A stretch of 64,000 nucleotides of DNA from the human T2T-CHM13v2.0 reference genome, Homo sapiens (GCF_009914755.1 NC_060941.1); one strand, 5' to 3'; shown: positions 27,530 through 50,879, counted from the stretch's first letter. A program made the numbers and translations. Notes: generated from the letters alone by a model not told the origin.

Positions 27530-28381
27530 CTAGGACCCATGATAGAAGTGGACAGAGCGCCCAGAGCCGTCGTATTGCAAGGGGGAGATGGAGGGGAGGG
27601 TCAGGGCGCCGGAGTAGCCGCGGTACCCTGAGCGGTAGGAGCGGGGCTGGGAGTAGTAGCGGGAGAAGGGGGTGTAGAAGGTGGCAGGCAGCACGTTGGG
27701 GACCACGTGCGGCTTCCCGCTCACCAGGACCTCCACGGGCGGGGTGTAGGAGAGAGAGGAGGGGGGCATGAACAGACCGGGGGGAGTTGGGAAGGGGCAG
27801 TTAAACTGGGGGTGGTGGGGGGGCGGGGGAAGGAGAGGTAAGTAGAGTGAGTCAGGAGGGGGTGGGGGCTTCCGGGCAGGGCAGGGAGAGGGACAGGCAA
27901 AGCATGGGTTTTGGGGAAGTGGTGCTGTGGGGGGCTGGAAAAAGGGGGGCTCCTTCAGAAAGCGGGGCACATAGGGGGTGATATAGGACGGGATGTTCTG
28001 AATTGGCCCGATATAGGAAGATGAGGTGGCAGGGCTGTAGAAGGAGGACTTGGGGGGCACAGCGGGGGTTAGGGAAGGGTTTCGAGAGAGGGATTTGAAA
28101 CCAGACTGGGAGGGAGATTTGGAGGTGGGTGGGGTGGGGGTTTGGGCAGCCCCGCGGGGCACGTGTTGGACCTGAGGACTGGGGTTCAGGGACGAAGTCC
28201 GGGAAGAGGGCTGTGAGGCATTTGGGGTGGGAGGGTGGGAGGGGGGCCGGGAGGAAGAGCCCCGAGTGGGGGAGGGGGAAGGGGCAGGCTGCTGGCCTGG
28301 AGGGGTGACAATGTTGTTGGAACGGGACTGGGAGGGAGACTGGGTAGGGGATGGATTAGGGGTGTGGGAAGGGGAGCTCAT
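27530..28381 (-). CDS. Candidate nested gene: 283-aa Pro/Ser/Tyr-rich protein in ST6GALNAC2 intron 6
   Basis: Non-repeat ATG-initiated ORF; in-frame TAA 6 codons upstream; 14 Tyr codons with no internal TAA/TAG; the stop TAG is the last 3 nt of intron 6. Confidence 0.6.
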   Translation of the reverse strand: MSSPSHTPNPSPTQSPSQSRSNNIVTPPGQQPAPSPSPTRGSSSRPPSHPPTPNASQPSSRTSSLNPSPQVQHVPRGAAQTPTPPTSKSPSQSGFKSLSRNPSLTPAVPPKSSFYSPATSSSYIGPIQNIPSYITPYVPRFLKEPPFFQPPTAPLPQNPCFACPSPCPARKPPPPPDSLYLPLLPPPPHHPQFNCPFPTPPGLFMPPSSLSYTPPVEVLVSGKPHVVPNVLPATFYTPFSRYYSQPRSYRSGYRGYSGALTLPSISPLQYDGSGRSVHFYHGS

Positions 28382-29297
28382 TGGTGTTGGGGAGGCTTAG
28401 GTCCACCCGATGTCTCTGAGGCAGCCCCTAAGGGCCCAAGCCCAGCGTGTCACAAAGCCCAGCTCAGACCAGCAGTGGAAGCAATTGTTGGGTAATCACC
28501 AAGCGGGGGTGGGGTGGGCCTGGCTTTAGAACCCTTAACCCATAAGGACCACCTGTAAAGCTGCTCTGTGGGGGGTGGGGAAGATGTCCTCAGCGAGACG
28601 CCGAGATAGGAGGGCTGGTTGTCTGGGCCACAGCAGTGGCGTCGATTTTTAGGGACCTGATCTCAGGGACAAGAAATTGTCTCAGAACCCCCGGGAGGAG
28701 GTTCAGATGAGGGTCAGGTCGTGGCTCAAGAGAGCTGGACCCAGGCCTGCTGTGCAGGAAGGTGGGAAAGAAGACAAAGGGCCCATTGTTTCCGCCTCTC
28801 AGGACACTGGGCCTCGAGTCTGCTCTCCCGTTTCATGGGCATGACCCTGGGAAGGATGCCCAGCAGGAGGAGTGGCCCAGACTGGCCCCAACTCTTGTTT
28901 CCAGCACAGTGTGCTCAGTGGGACAGCGGACCCAGCCCAGTCTGTGACCCGGAGCCGCTGGCGGCTGGGCTGGGCAGGGAGAGTGCAGCCCAAAGCCGAG
29001 AAGCCAGACCTGCTCACCCCATTCAGAAGAGCTGCCTCTCCCACCCCCAGCCCACTGCCCCCAGAGGGCTACTGGGAACCCGGAGGGTCACCTGGGCTTT
29101 CCAGGGGTAGACAAAAAGTAGAATTTCCCAGTGCTGTTATGTGAATAATTGGGGATGATTGAATTCTTAGGGCTTTTCTTACTGCCCTTCACCCACCTCC
29201 TCTTACCCCATGATGGGCCCTGGGAGCAAAAAGGAGATAACCACAGTGTCCCTTGCCCCTCTGCCACGCCCCACACCACCACGGCCTGGCTGCTCAC

Positions 29298-29401
29298 CTG
29301 TCCCCTTTATCTAGGCCCTCAGGGACAGGCACGCCCAGAATGGCCGATCTCAGCATCACATAGTCGCGGATGTCTGAGGGGATGAAGATATACTGCAGGT
29401 C
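29298..29401 (-). CDS. ST6GALNAC2: ST6GALNAC2 exon 6 ([34 protein letters not shown])
   Basis: gacag|GACCTG ... GACAG|gtgag; 104 nt. Confidence 0.95.
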
Positions 29402-29569
29402 CTGTCAGAATAGAGACAATGAGCCCAGAGGGGAACCAGGACATGTTTAGCTCCTCAGTGTGGACAGCCCTCCACCCAACCTTGCCCCCTGAGCCGACTG
29501 GAGAATTTCCCTTAAATACCTTTCATTCCCACCCAGAGGTGCTGTACTGGTTTCAGTGTAGGTCCACAA

Positions 29570-30018
29570 ATCCTCTAATGCTCCTTCAGGAGGTGGCACC
29601 CAATTGCCATCCCCTGGAGTATGGGCTGGACTTAGCGACTCATGCACAGGATTTTTCTGATAAAGAGGAAAGTGATGGTGTGTGGCTTAGAGACTAGGTC
29701 ATAAAAGGCACTGTGGCTTCCTTTACGTTCTCAGATCACTCACTCTGGATGAAGTTAGCTGCCATGTCGTGAGGACACTCAAATAGCCTACAGAGGGCCC
29801 AAGTGGCAAGGGCCCGTGAGACGCCATCTTGATGTCAGCTCCAGTCAAGCTTTTGGGTCTCTCAGATGATGCAGCCCATCATCTGCACCTGGGCCAAAAC
29901 CTCCCACTAAGCTCCCCACAAATTCCTGACCCATTGAAACCACAAGATAGTCAATATTTGTTGTTTAAAGCCACCAAGTTTTGAGGTCATTTGTTACACA
30001 GTAATAGATAACTCGTAC
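29570..30018 (+). mobile_element. MLT1-family (ERVL-MaLR) LTR
   Basis: 3' end ttgttgtttaaagccaccaagttttgaggtcatttgttacacagtaatagataactcgtaca. Confidence 0.7.
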
Positions 30019-30043
30019 ATGTACTGTGGCTACACTGAAACTA

Positions 30044-30397
<354 letters not shown>

Positions 30398-31369
30398 TCA
30401 GTGTGGCATAGACACTATGGTAGGACACTCCTTAAGCCCCTGGTCAGGGGAGGAAGCTTCTAGAAACCCAACTCAGCTTCCTCCGGCACTGCAGATCCCC
30501 TTTTCCTGAGATCCCCTAACCCTGTGGCTGTGGCACCCACAGCCCCTGAGGAGGGAAGCTTTGAGTTAACGGCCTTTGGGTGTGGGTGGAGGAACCTGGA
30601 GGCCAGCAGGTAGGGCCAGATGCTAGCTCGCATGCAGTGGCTGCCACCTGGGACACGTCCCTCAGTGTCTCTGACCCTCAATTTCCCACACAGGGCTATT
30701 GTGAGATTTCAAGAGGCCACACATCATTCTTCCAGGGGCCAGTGTGGGGAAATGGAAACAACCCCAGCGCTGGGGTCAGAGGGTCCTAGATCTAGATGGT
30801 TCCAGCTGGGTGACCTTGGACATGTTCCTGAACCTCTCAGCGTCCCTGCTTTGTCATCTGGAAATGGGTACACGGGTCCCACTCAGGGCTGCTGTGGTGA
30901 CCGTGTGTGTGCCCTGTAACATGCTGGGAGGAGGAACTCCATAAATCCCCTTCCCCTGGGAGTCTGAGCTCCCCAAAGAATGCCAGCTCTCGAGGTGGGG
31001 GGTACTCTGGGTGCAAATCCTGACCCTACCGCTGACTCACTGAATGAAAGGCACCAGGCTTTTATCCCCACACCAGTAAAACCATGGGTTGCACGGTCTC
31101 TGTAAAGTGCCTGGCAAGTCACAAGCGTTGGGTAAATGCTGGCCATTCACATCCCATACTGCAGAGGAGTCCCGTGACGCCTGAATCAGCAGGGAGTCCG
31201 GGACCAGATCCCCCCTCACCTTCAGTGGCTGTATCTTGCATCCAGAATCCTGGCACCCCCTCAGCATCCACTGGACCAGGGTGTGTGAGCCCTGTGGCCC
31301 CCACTGAGGGGACTCCAGGAACAATGGTGCCATTGTCAACCACAATGGCATGCCCGCCAGAGGCCTCAC

Positions 31370-31508
31370 CTGTCCTTGTGGCACGGAGGTGAAGCCCAGA
31401 TTCCAGTAGGAGACGAGGGAGTTCTTCATCGTGTTCACAGTGAAACCATAGAAGGAAGTCTTGGTGCCCACATCGCGCTCGAAGCCTTTGATCACAGCTC
31501 CATTGAGT
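31370..31508 (-). CDS. ST6GALNAC2: ST6GALNAC2 exon 5 ([22 protein letters not shown]...PQGQ; second half of sialylmotif L)
   Basis: AG/GT boundaries; 139 nt; DVGTKT motif. Confidence 0.96.
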
Positions 31509-31927
31509 CTGGTTGGCACAGAGGCCCATCAGTGTCTGCGGTTACACCAGGCCGTCTGTTCTGCTTCCATCTCCACGGCTCTGCCTGGCCTATCCCCCTG
31601 CCTCTGTATGACCACTCCTTCTGCCCATGGCAGTACCAGTGCCCAGTTGTCAACCAGACCCCCACTCCTCCAGACCTCAAGGGGTGACGCCCTGTGAGTG
31701 GGTAGAGCTGGCCCTGGCGGCTGCTTCCTCCTGGGTCCCCTGCATGGGCACCCATGCTCCGTCCTCAGGGCCTACTGTTTGTTTTTGCCTTGTCCATGCC
31801 CGTGTGCTGGTCACAACTGCTGAGCCGCCCAGGCCACTGCTGCCATAGCCCACTGCCCCTGGGGGAGACACCCCCACCCTCCAGGCAACTCTCCCTCCCG
31901 CCCCTCCCCAGCTCCTACCCCTCATAC

Positions 31928-32096
31928 CTGAATACATAGTCATGGGCATCGATGTTGGGACCCTGGCGGGACCCATTCAGAATGCCTCCGTTGCCCACCA
32001 CGGCACACCGGATACACTTTGGAGGGGTGTCCCTGGGCGGGGCAAACAGCTTGGCACTCTCTGAGCCGTTCAGAAGGCTCAGGGTGGAGGCGATGA
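31928..32096 (-). CDS. ST6GALNAC2: ST6GALNAC2 exon 4 (IASTL...CAVVGNGGILNGSRQGPNIDAHDYVF; sialylmotif L)
   Basis: AG/GT boundaries; 169 nt; CAVVGNGG motif. Confidence 0.96.
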
Positions 32097-32368
32097 CTGT
32101 GGGTGCAGATGGGGAGCAGCCATGAGGAGGGCTGGCATCGGGGGCACCTGGGGCCTTCCCTAGGCTGGTTCTGGTGCCCCATCTCCCCTGAGGCCTGACC
32201 CTAGCCCCTCCCAAGAAGCACAGAGGGTGGGAGGGGAAGGAGATGTCTGTGGGGGGAGAATTGAAAAGCTGACAGTGGAAGAGGGGGCTTGGCGGCCTTC
32301 ACTTGTCTTAAGAACTTGAATACCTTATCTTCTTAAGACTGGTGCTAGAGAAGTGAGCTCAGGGCTTA

Positions 32369-32999
<631 letters not shown>

Positions 33000-33097
33000 T
33001 CACCAGTGCTATGAGGGCAGAGAGGCCTGGCCTACTTCAGGGCAAAGAGCAGGAAGCTAAGGCAGAAGGCAGGTGAGAGACAGCGGGCGCGGGTTAC

Positions 33098-33272
33098 CTT
33101 GGTGAGAGAGCCCCCGCCAGCCATACGGGGCTTTGTGTTGGCTCAGGCGGTCCCAGAGCGCTGGGGTGAAGAGGTCCCCCCACAGCAGCACTGGAATGGA
33201 GAGATTGAACAGGCCACGGAAGTGGGGGTGCCGCTGAATGGCCAGGTGAAGCAGGTGTCGGCAGGCCTGGCC
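33098..33272 (-). CDS. ST6GALNAC2: ST6GALNAC2 exon 3 (GQACRHLLHLAIQRHPHF...PYGWRGLSHQ)
   Basis: cacag|GGCCAG ... CAAG|gtaac; 175 nt. Confidence 0.95.
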
Positions 33273-33311
33273 CTGTGGGTGAGAAGGTGAGGGCTGAGCC
33301 CCGTTAGGTAG

Positions 33312-33707
<396 letters not shown>

Positions 33708-34029
33708 CCATCCTTGCATTTTTGAACTGAGCTGGCAGCTAGGGGGTCTGGGAACTTTCTGGATTTAGCCTGCCTAGCTCTTCCTCTCCCAGAGGCCATG
33801 TCCCCTTGGCCTGGTGGTTCTGGCCTCACACTCCTTCATCTCACGCTTGAGCAAACTCTGGGGCATTTTCTGATGTATGGGTCTGACCTGCCTGCCCTTT
33901 GGTGGAGTAGTTTCAGCCTGGGCTGAGCTGAGGCTGTCACCCTGGATGCAAAACCCTAACCCTACTGGTACTCGCTGTATAATTTGTGTGTGAACAGGCT
34001 GCCAGGAAGATCCGTGATAGTCTTTCTTT

Positions 34030-34425
34030 CCAGTGGTGCCTTTAGGGAGTGGAAGTGTCCCCCCAAAATTCATTACCCAGAGCCTTGGAATGTGACCTTA
34101 GTTGGAACTAGGGTCTTTGGAGATGGAATTAGTTAGGAGGAGGTCATATAGGGTGAGGTCAGGCCCTAACTAGCATCCGTGGAAAGAGGCCGGGTGATGA
34201 TGAAGCAGGGATCTGTGCGATGCACCATAAGCCAAAGAGCAGTGGAGCCGCCAGAGCTGGGAAAAGGCAGGGGAGGCTTTCTTCGAGCCTTCGGAGGGAG
34301 CGTGGCCCTGCCAGCACCTTGATTCTGGGCTTCTGGGCTCCAGAACTGTGACGATTCAATTTCTGTGGATCGAAGCCCCCCAGGCTGTGATCATTTGTTC
34401 CAGCAGCCACGGGGAAGGAACACAG
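34030..34425 (+). mobile_element. MLT1-family LTR
   Basis: gaatgtgaccttagttggaactagggtctttggagatggaatt...ctccagaactgtgacgattcaatttctgt. Confidence 0.7.
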
Positions 34426-34694
34426 CACCTCTGTACTTGTGGGCCTTGAGGGAGGGTGAGGTCAGGAAACAGGCCCCAGCCTTGTCTGCCCGTGACCCCA
34501 CAAGTTCAGAATCACACACAGTCATGGCCTGGGTGGGCCTTCTATTACTCCTGAATGGGGCTCTTTGTTAAGCCATTCGTTTGATCAAAAGACAAAGCAG
34601 GAAATAGCTGTACAGTAATTTCTGCTATAATGCAACTTATGAGTGGCTAAATATCACCATGCTATGCAAAGCTATGCAATCATGATCATGGGGT

Positions 34695-36679
<1,985 letters not shown>

Positions 36680-37487
36680 TAAGCTCTAGCATGCAGTGAA
36701 ATCTTTCTCCTAGAGGCCCCAGTCAGCATGTCCCATTTTAGTCTCTTGGGCATGGAAAACACCTCTTAAGCCTGTATTAATCCAGAACAACACAGTCATC
36801 ATCCTGCTTATCGGCAGCACATGGAGCCAGGGTGGGGTGGAGTGGGATGAGGTTGGGGAGGTTGTATCGCGCAATGGTTCTGAGCCAGGTTCCAGACAAG
36901 AGGCTCAAACTCCAGGACTACCTCTTACTACCTAAGCGGGGTACTTAACTTCTTGGTGCCTCATTTTGCTCATTTGTAAGGGCCACATTCTAGGGTTGCT
37001 GCGAGGCTTCCGTGAGAGAACGCAGGTAAAGTCCCAAAATTAATGCTGTCTGTTACTTACGGTTATAAGGCAGGGCCCTGAAGCTTCTCAAACCTTCTGG
37101 GCAAGCAAGGGCATCTTTTCAGAGCTTGGAGTTTGCTCCAGGGTGAGCAGTTTAAATGTGACTTTTATAGGAAGTAGATATTTTGAGGAGTAGAATATAA
37201 AATTCACAGGACTATTTAAGATACAATCTTAAGACTCCAAAGAACTGTTCAGCTGGCTACACCCCATGAGTACATATTTATTCATCCTTCTCTGCTGTTG
37301 GGCCACAAGAAACCCTATTGGTCAGGTCTGAGAGGCCCTGAAGGGACGGATGCTCAGCTGTAACTTAGGGCGTTCCAAAGAGCTCCTGCCCAGCAATCTC
37401 ATGAGAGTGTTCTCGTTTGCTCTTCTTCCCTCCTCCCCACTAATTTGAGGGTGCTCAAAACTGCCACAGGGTAGTCGACCACTCTAC

Positions 37488-37548
37488 CTTTCCTGTCCAA
37501 GAATTCGATGCCTTGGATTGAAAGAATGCTTCAAATGATGTGGTGTCC
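37488..37548 (-). CDS. ST6GALNAC2: ST6GALNAC2 exon 2 (DTTSFEAFFQSKASNSWTGK)
   Basis: tttttcccccag|GGACACC ... GAAAG|gtaga; 61 nt, restores the frame between exons 1 and 3. Confidence 0.92.
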
Positions 37549-38280
37549 CTGGGGGAAAAAGCAGAAAAAAGCAGGGGTCAGCAGCTCTGACCTACCCCTT
37601 GGAAGCTTTTGGACTGACCGACCCCCTTAGCTCTAGGGGCGGACAAAGTCTGTCTGTGCCCATCGTGGTGGCTCACATCTGTAATCCCAGTGCTTTGCTG
37701 GAGTACAGTGGTGCAATCTCGGCTCACTGCAACCTCTGCCTCCTGGGTTCAAGTGATTCTCCTGCCTCAGCCTCCTGAGTAGCTGGGATTACAGGCATGC
37801 GCCACCACACCCAGCTAATTTTGTATTTTTAGTAGAGACGGGGTTTTTCCATGTTGGTCAGGCTGGTCTCGAACTCCCGACTTCAGGTGATCTGCCCACC
37901 TTGGCCTTCCAAAGTGCTGGGATTACAGGCGTAAGCCACTGCGCCCAGCTCTGTGCTCTTATTCTTGCCATGTCTTTCTCTTTAGGCACACAGGATACTG
38001 TCACTTTCTTATGTTTTGCCTCACTGTGTAAACTCAAAGATCAAGGCGTCCCTCAGCAAGTGGCAGAAATGTGGAGTTTATAGGAACAGTGAGATGGTGG
38101 CTTAAAATATATGAAAATAGAAAAGATTGCCAGCCACCTGGAACTGTGACCATCTGAAGGATCTCCCTGACAGGGCCCCAGAGGCAGGCATTAGGTCTGA
38201 GATGACTGGGCCTTCCTTCCCCTTTGTGTGGGTCACGCCCACCACTCCTGAAGTACAATCCTGGTTAAGGTTATGGCTCT

Positions 38281-38672
38281 TGCTATGGTTTGAATGAGTC
38301 CCCCAAAGTTTATGTGTTGGAAACTGAATCCCCAATGCAACAGTGTTGAGAGATGAGACCTTTAAGAGGTGATTAGGTCACTTGGGCTCTGCCTTCATGA
38401 ATGGATTAATTTGGTTATTGCAAGAGTGGGTTAGTTATTGTGGAGTGGGTTCCTGATACAAGGATGAATCCAGCCTCTCTTCTCTGGAGCATACGTGCTC
38501 TCTTGTCTTTCTGCCTTCCATCTATGAGGATGCAGCAAGAAGGCCCTCTCCAGACACAGACCCTATGACCTGGGACTTCCCAGCCTCCAGAACCATAAGA
38601 GGTAACTCTCTGTTTTTTGTAAATGATCCAACTCAGGTGTTCTGTGATAGCAGCACAAAACAGACTAAGACA
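38281..38672 (+). mobile_element. MST-family (ERVL-MaLR) solo LTR
   Basis: TGCTATGGTTTGAATG start and CAGACTAAGACA end. Confidence 0.8.
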
Positions 38673-38870
38673 GCTCTGAAACCTCACTTCCTGGGTTTGC
38701 AACCTGTCTCCACCACTTGGCTGCTGTGTGATCTTGGGCAGTTGCTGAACTTCTCAGAACCTCAGTCTCTGCATTTATACAATAGGGATAATCATATTGA
38801 GCTCCTTTGATTGTTAGGAGGGTTCAAACAGAGACTGTATGTTAGCACATATAAAAAGTGTCCTCTAGGT

Positions 38871-39490
<620 letters not shown>

Positions 39491-40590
39491 AAAAGAAAAA
39501 TGTGTTCTCTAAATATTATTTTTACCTCCTAAAGGAGGAAGAGAAAGGATCTTGCTGTGTCAGCCTCTATTATTAGTGTCCCTTCTAGAGGGCAGTAAGG
39601 GGATAGTGTTACTATCCCCTCCCAATGCCCAATTCCCAGGCGCTAGGTGGCCCCTGAATCAGGGCAGAAGGAAAACATGAAGGAAGGAATAGGGGTCCTT
39701 ACCCTTTCAAAAGGTGGCCAGGCTTCTCTCAGACCCCTCCCTTCACCCCAGCAGCCACAGGTGGAGGGGACTCTGGGTTGGCAGCTTGCAAGAGAAACAA
39801 AGGTCTCTTGTTACCTGCTTCTAGGTGCTGAGATGCCTGAGCCACAAGGGAACCCAGGATCTGCCTCCCTTTGGTTTCCAGGTTTCCTATAAGACCCTGG
39901 AGGGACGGCCCAGAAAGAGCAGAGTTGATCCCTTCCCCCATCCCTCCCTTGCCCCTTGGACTGTCCACTTGTCTGCCCACATAATCCCGTAGTTCCTGCT
40001 CATGAGCACAATATGACCCCCTCTGGGAAGGAACTAGGACGGTGGTGCTCAGCCTAGGTTGCCTATGAGAACCCCCAGGGAGGCTTGAAAAACCCCATTG
40101 CTCAGCCCCGAAATCCTGAGATTCTGATCTGACTGTTCTGGGGTCGGGGGAGGGCATTGGTGAGTCCAGTCCCTACCCTCCCACCCCAACCAGGTGATTC
40201 TGCTGTGCAGCCAGGCTGGAGAGCCTGACGGAGGAGCTGCGGGACAGGGCAGAGTTGAGACGGGTGGGGGACAGGGGTAGAGCTGTAAAGGAGATGATGG
40301 GGAACCCCCAAGTTCAGTTTTGCTGCCCTGAACTACCCACCCTCAGGGAGGCCTGGTGTGACTTTAGAGTATCCCTGGTGCTCAGCCACTTCTCCCAGCC
40401 CCGCTCCTACTGATCCTTCCAGCCCCTCCCTCTCAGGAATCCAAGTGCCTGGGACACCTGGGAGGGCGTAGGAAGGGGACCAGCCTGCACATGCCCTTCT
40501 GGGAGGTTTTACCAGCCTGAGGAGGTATACAGACCATGTGCTGCGTTTTTCAGAAAGCTAATTTTACTCACAACTTAGATCATATTCTCT

Positions 40591-43372
<2,782 letters not shown>

Positions 43373-43579
43373 GCAAGCACCCTTTGTTCTAAGAGTGCTG
43401 GACTCCTGATCACTGGCAAGCTGTTTCACATTGTTCTGCAACTTTTGGTGTATCCTTTGACAGCATCTGTGGAGACCAGATACTTATTTTGTTTTCATCC
43501 CGTTAGCCCCCCAGCAAGGTTGGTAGGGGGTGCGCAGATGGAAAAGCTCCAGGAAGGGAAAGGCTGGGGCTGGAGGCCT

Positions 43580-45100
43580 CTCCCTGAGGCTGCCGGGCCC
43601 TTCCCTCCTCCCAAACCCAGACTTCGCACGGCTTGGTCCGCCTTTCTTAAGCTAAGCGAAATCGTTTTGCGGCTTCTTCAGTCACCGGAACCACCACCTG
43701 CTAGAGGCCGGCTCCCAGGTTCTCCTCGTGGGACACCCAGGAAAGTGCCTAGGGAGGAGGAGGGAGTGGAGCGCAGGACGCGGCGCGGGGAGGAGAACGC
43801 GGATGGAGCCAGGAGTCACCCCTCTTTCCCTCGGGCGCCCGCCTCTTCGCGGATCGCGCCCGCACTGGGCTTATCCAGACACGGCGAGCGGAAGCCGGGG
43901 AGAAGGGAGCGGGCGCGGGGCGGACAGAGACCGCAGCGGGCGGGAAAGGCGACTGGCCGCGGCCCGACGGAGGGTCCCCGCGAAGTTGGAAACCGGAGAC
44001 TTGGGCCCCTGCCCAAAAAGCAGAATCTGACGTTACCGAGGGAGAGTTCCCGACAAAAAAGGAAGTTTTTATCTGCTTCGGGGACCCAGCCAGATTTCGA
44101 CAATAGAAAGTGTACTTATCAGGCCGGGGAGGACTTCACCAACAAGGGGCACCGGGGCGGGTCGCCAGTGCACAGGGGCGAGGTCTTCCTTGGACCCAGG
44201 CAAAGGCCGCGGGGTCCGGGCAGCGCGAGGTCAAGGCTGGGAGAGGGTTCTGGCGACAAAGGGCCGCGGCCGAGTCCTCGCTGAGAGCTGCCCCAGAGGG
44301 GTCCACGCGGAGGTTGGGCTGAGGGCTGCGGGCCGCCGGGGAGCCCTGGGCTGGGGACCCTCCCCGCGCCCTGGTCGCCCCTGCGCCCTCCCGCTCTGCG
44401 CTCGGCAGCCCCTACCTGGCTCCGGCCGCTGGCCCCGGGTACCGCTGCACCGCCGAGAAGTACAGGGCAAAGAGGAGCCCCGAGCAGGCAGCCGTGAGCA
44501 GGAGCAGCAGCCAGAAGAACGACCCGCGCGGGAGCCCCATACAGCCCCGGCCCGCGAGCGCCCCGTCCGCTGACGTCCCAGGCAGAAGGGAGAGAACCGG
44601 GTGGGCCGGGTGGCACTTGCGGAGGCGGCCGTCTTGCCCTGCCCCGCCCTGCCCGCCGGGTGCCTGCGGCGCCTGCCCGCCCGGCAGCTCCCTCTCGGCC
44701 CCGGCTGAGTGGCCAGAGGCTGCCGCACCCTCGGGAGCTGGGCGGCGGGTCCCCCGGGGCTGGAGTGTCGTCCCGGCGCCCAGAGCGCGCGCTCCTTTGG
44801 CCCTGCCCCCTGCCCGGGGGACTTCGGCAGCGGCCACTCCTGCCACTGCGCTCTCTCCAGAGCCCAGCCCCGGGAGGCCGCCAGTCTCGGGTTGGGCAGG
44901 GCGCTTTCCTCGCGCCGTCCGGGGCTAGCTAGGCGCGGGTAGACGCCGCCACCTGCTGCGCTGGCTGCGCTCTGCCCTCTGCGGGCCCGGCACTCGGCCT
45001 CTAGACTCTGTGGCGGGTGGGCGGCGGCCGGGAGGAGATGTGCCCGGCTCCCTCCAAAGGACCCTCAGATCTGTCAGTCTGCGGACGCCAGGACAGCTGG
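43580..45100 (-). promoter_or_regulatory. ST6GALNAC2: ST6GALNAC2 CpG island/promoter
   Basis: CpG-dense region spanning exon 1; GC box GCCCCGCCC at 44641-44649; CTCF-like GCAGCAGGTGGCGGC (minus strand) at 44945-44959. Confidence 0.85.
44416..44540 (-). CDS. ST6GALNAC2: ST6GALNAC2 exon 1 coding part (MGLPRGSFFWLLLLLTAACSGLLFALYFSAVQRYPGPAAGA; type II signal anchor). Gene product: alpha-N-acetylgalactosaminide alpha-2,6-sialyltransferase 2
   Basis: ATG at 44540; donor CCAG|gtagg; 125 nt. Exons 125+61+175+169+139+104+84+100+168 = 1125 nt in one continuous frame. Confidence 0.96.
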
Positions 45101-45329
45101 GAGGGGGCGGGCAGGGTGGAGGAGCAAAACCCGACAGCTCAGTCTCTGGGCTGGCGGTAGAGGGGGGAAAAGGGGGTGAGGTGGGGAGCTTGCCGTGATG
45201 GGTTTCGTGGGGGAGCTAAGGCTGTCAGCGCTTATTTGGTAACCATCCAGGGTGGCCAGTCCCCTCAATCGCATTGAGTTCCTTTCACAGAACGAGGCCA
45301 GTCAGAGAGACCACCTGAAATGTTCAGCA

Positions 45330-45662
45330 CAACGGGTTCCCAAACTTATTGGCACCAGGGACTGGTTTCCTGGAAGACAATTTTTCCACGGAGGGGGGTG
45401 GGGGTGGGGGGGTTGGGGATGAAACTGTTCCACCTCAGATCATCAGGCATGAGTTAAGATGCTCTCATAAGGAGCCCGCAACCTAGATCCCTGGCATGCG
45501 CATTTCACAAAAGGGTTCGCACTCCTTTGAGACTCTAATGCCGAGGCTGATCTGAAGGAGGCGGAGCTCAGGCGGTAATGCTCCTTCCCCCTCCACTCAC
45601 CTCCTGCTGCGATGCCCTGTTCCTAACAGGTCTCGGACCAGGCTTGGGATTGGGGACCCCTG
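45330..45662. mobile_element. MER1-family hAT DNA transposon
   Basis: cccaaacttattggcaccagggactggtttc...gaagacaatttttccacgg ... ttggggacccctg. Confidence 0.75.
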
Positions 45663-46294
45663 GTCTAGCAGGCTCCAGCATCAGAAAGGGCTGGGAAGCT
45701 CAGCACCCGTGCTCTCTAAGTGGAACACTCCCTGGCAGTGAGTGATGGATGAGATGGGTGTGCTTCAGTGGCCACTGTTCGGCAAGCTGTGACATGCGGC
45801 AGGCTGTGACATGCCCCAGACTCCCAACTGTCAGCAGGCTGCAAGGATGAGAGGGACCTAGGCTACCGTGTCACGTGCCTTTGGCTCTAATCTGTTCTTC
45901 ATGTATCGGAGGAAGTCTGGGTGCAGCAACAGGTGCCTGTCTGATTGCAAGGCTTCCCGAAAACCTCCCAGGGCCTGGGCCTGTGGTCAGGAATGGCCAT
46001 TCAGTCCATCCAGTCTCAGTACTCCTACCAAGTCAGGGTCACTGGAGGTCACTCACATTGGGCCAGTTCTTTCCTTCACCCCAAGACTGCTCAGCAGAGC
46101 CAGACTCATCTTGCTACCCCGCAGATGGGCACTACTTGGAATTTATGGTGTCACGACTTTCATTTCAATCTTTATGGGTTTACTTGTCAAAATTCCTGTA
46201 GATGTTACTTATCCCCTGATCACTGGCTTCTCACATTTCCTCAGACCTTCTCTCTGTGCCCATAAATATCCCTCCTAGCCCTTGCTCTCAGTAA

Positions 46295-50774
<4,480 letters not shown>

Positions 50775-50879
50775 TCATTGTTGGGGCTGTATAATGGGGA
50801 TATGAGGGTGCATTACAGTATTCTCTCTACTTTTGTATATATTCGAAATTTTCCCTAACAAAAACCTAAATTTTTCTTT

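Noticed and set aside
44541-44846. In-frame upstream extension of ST6GALNAC2 exon 1
   Set aside because: No upstream ATG; extends through promoter GC boxes; the ATG at 44540 gives the expected 374-aa type II protein
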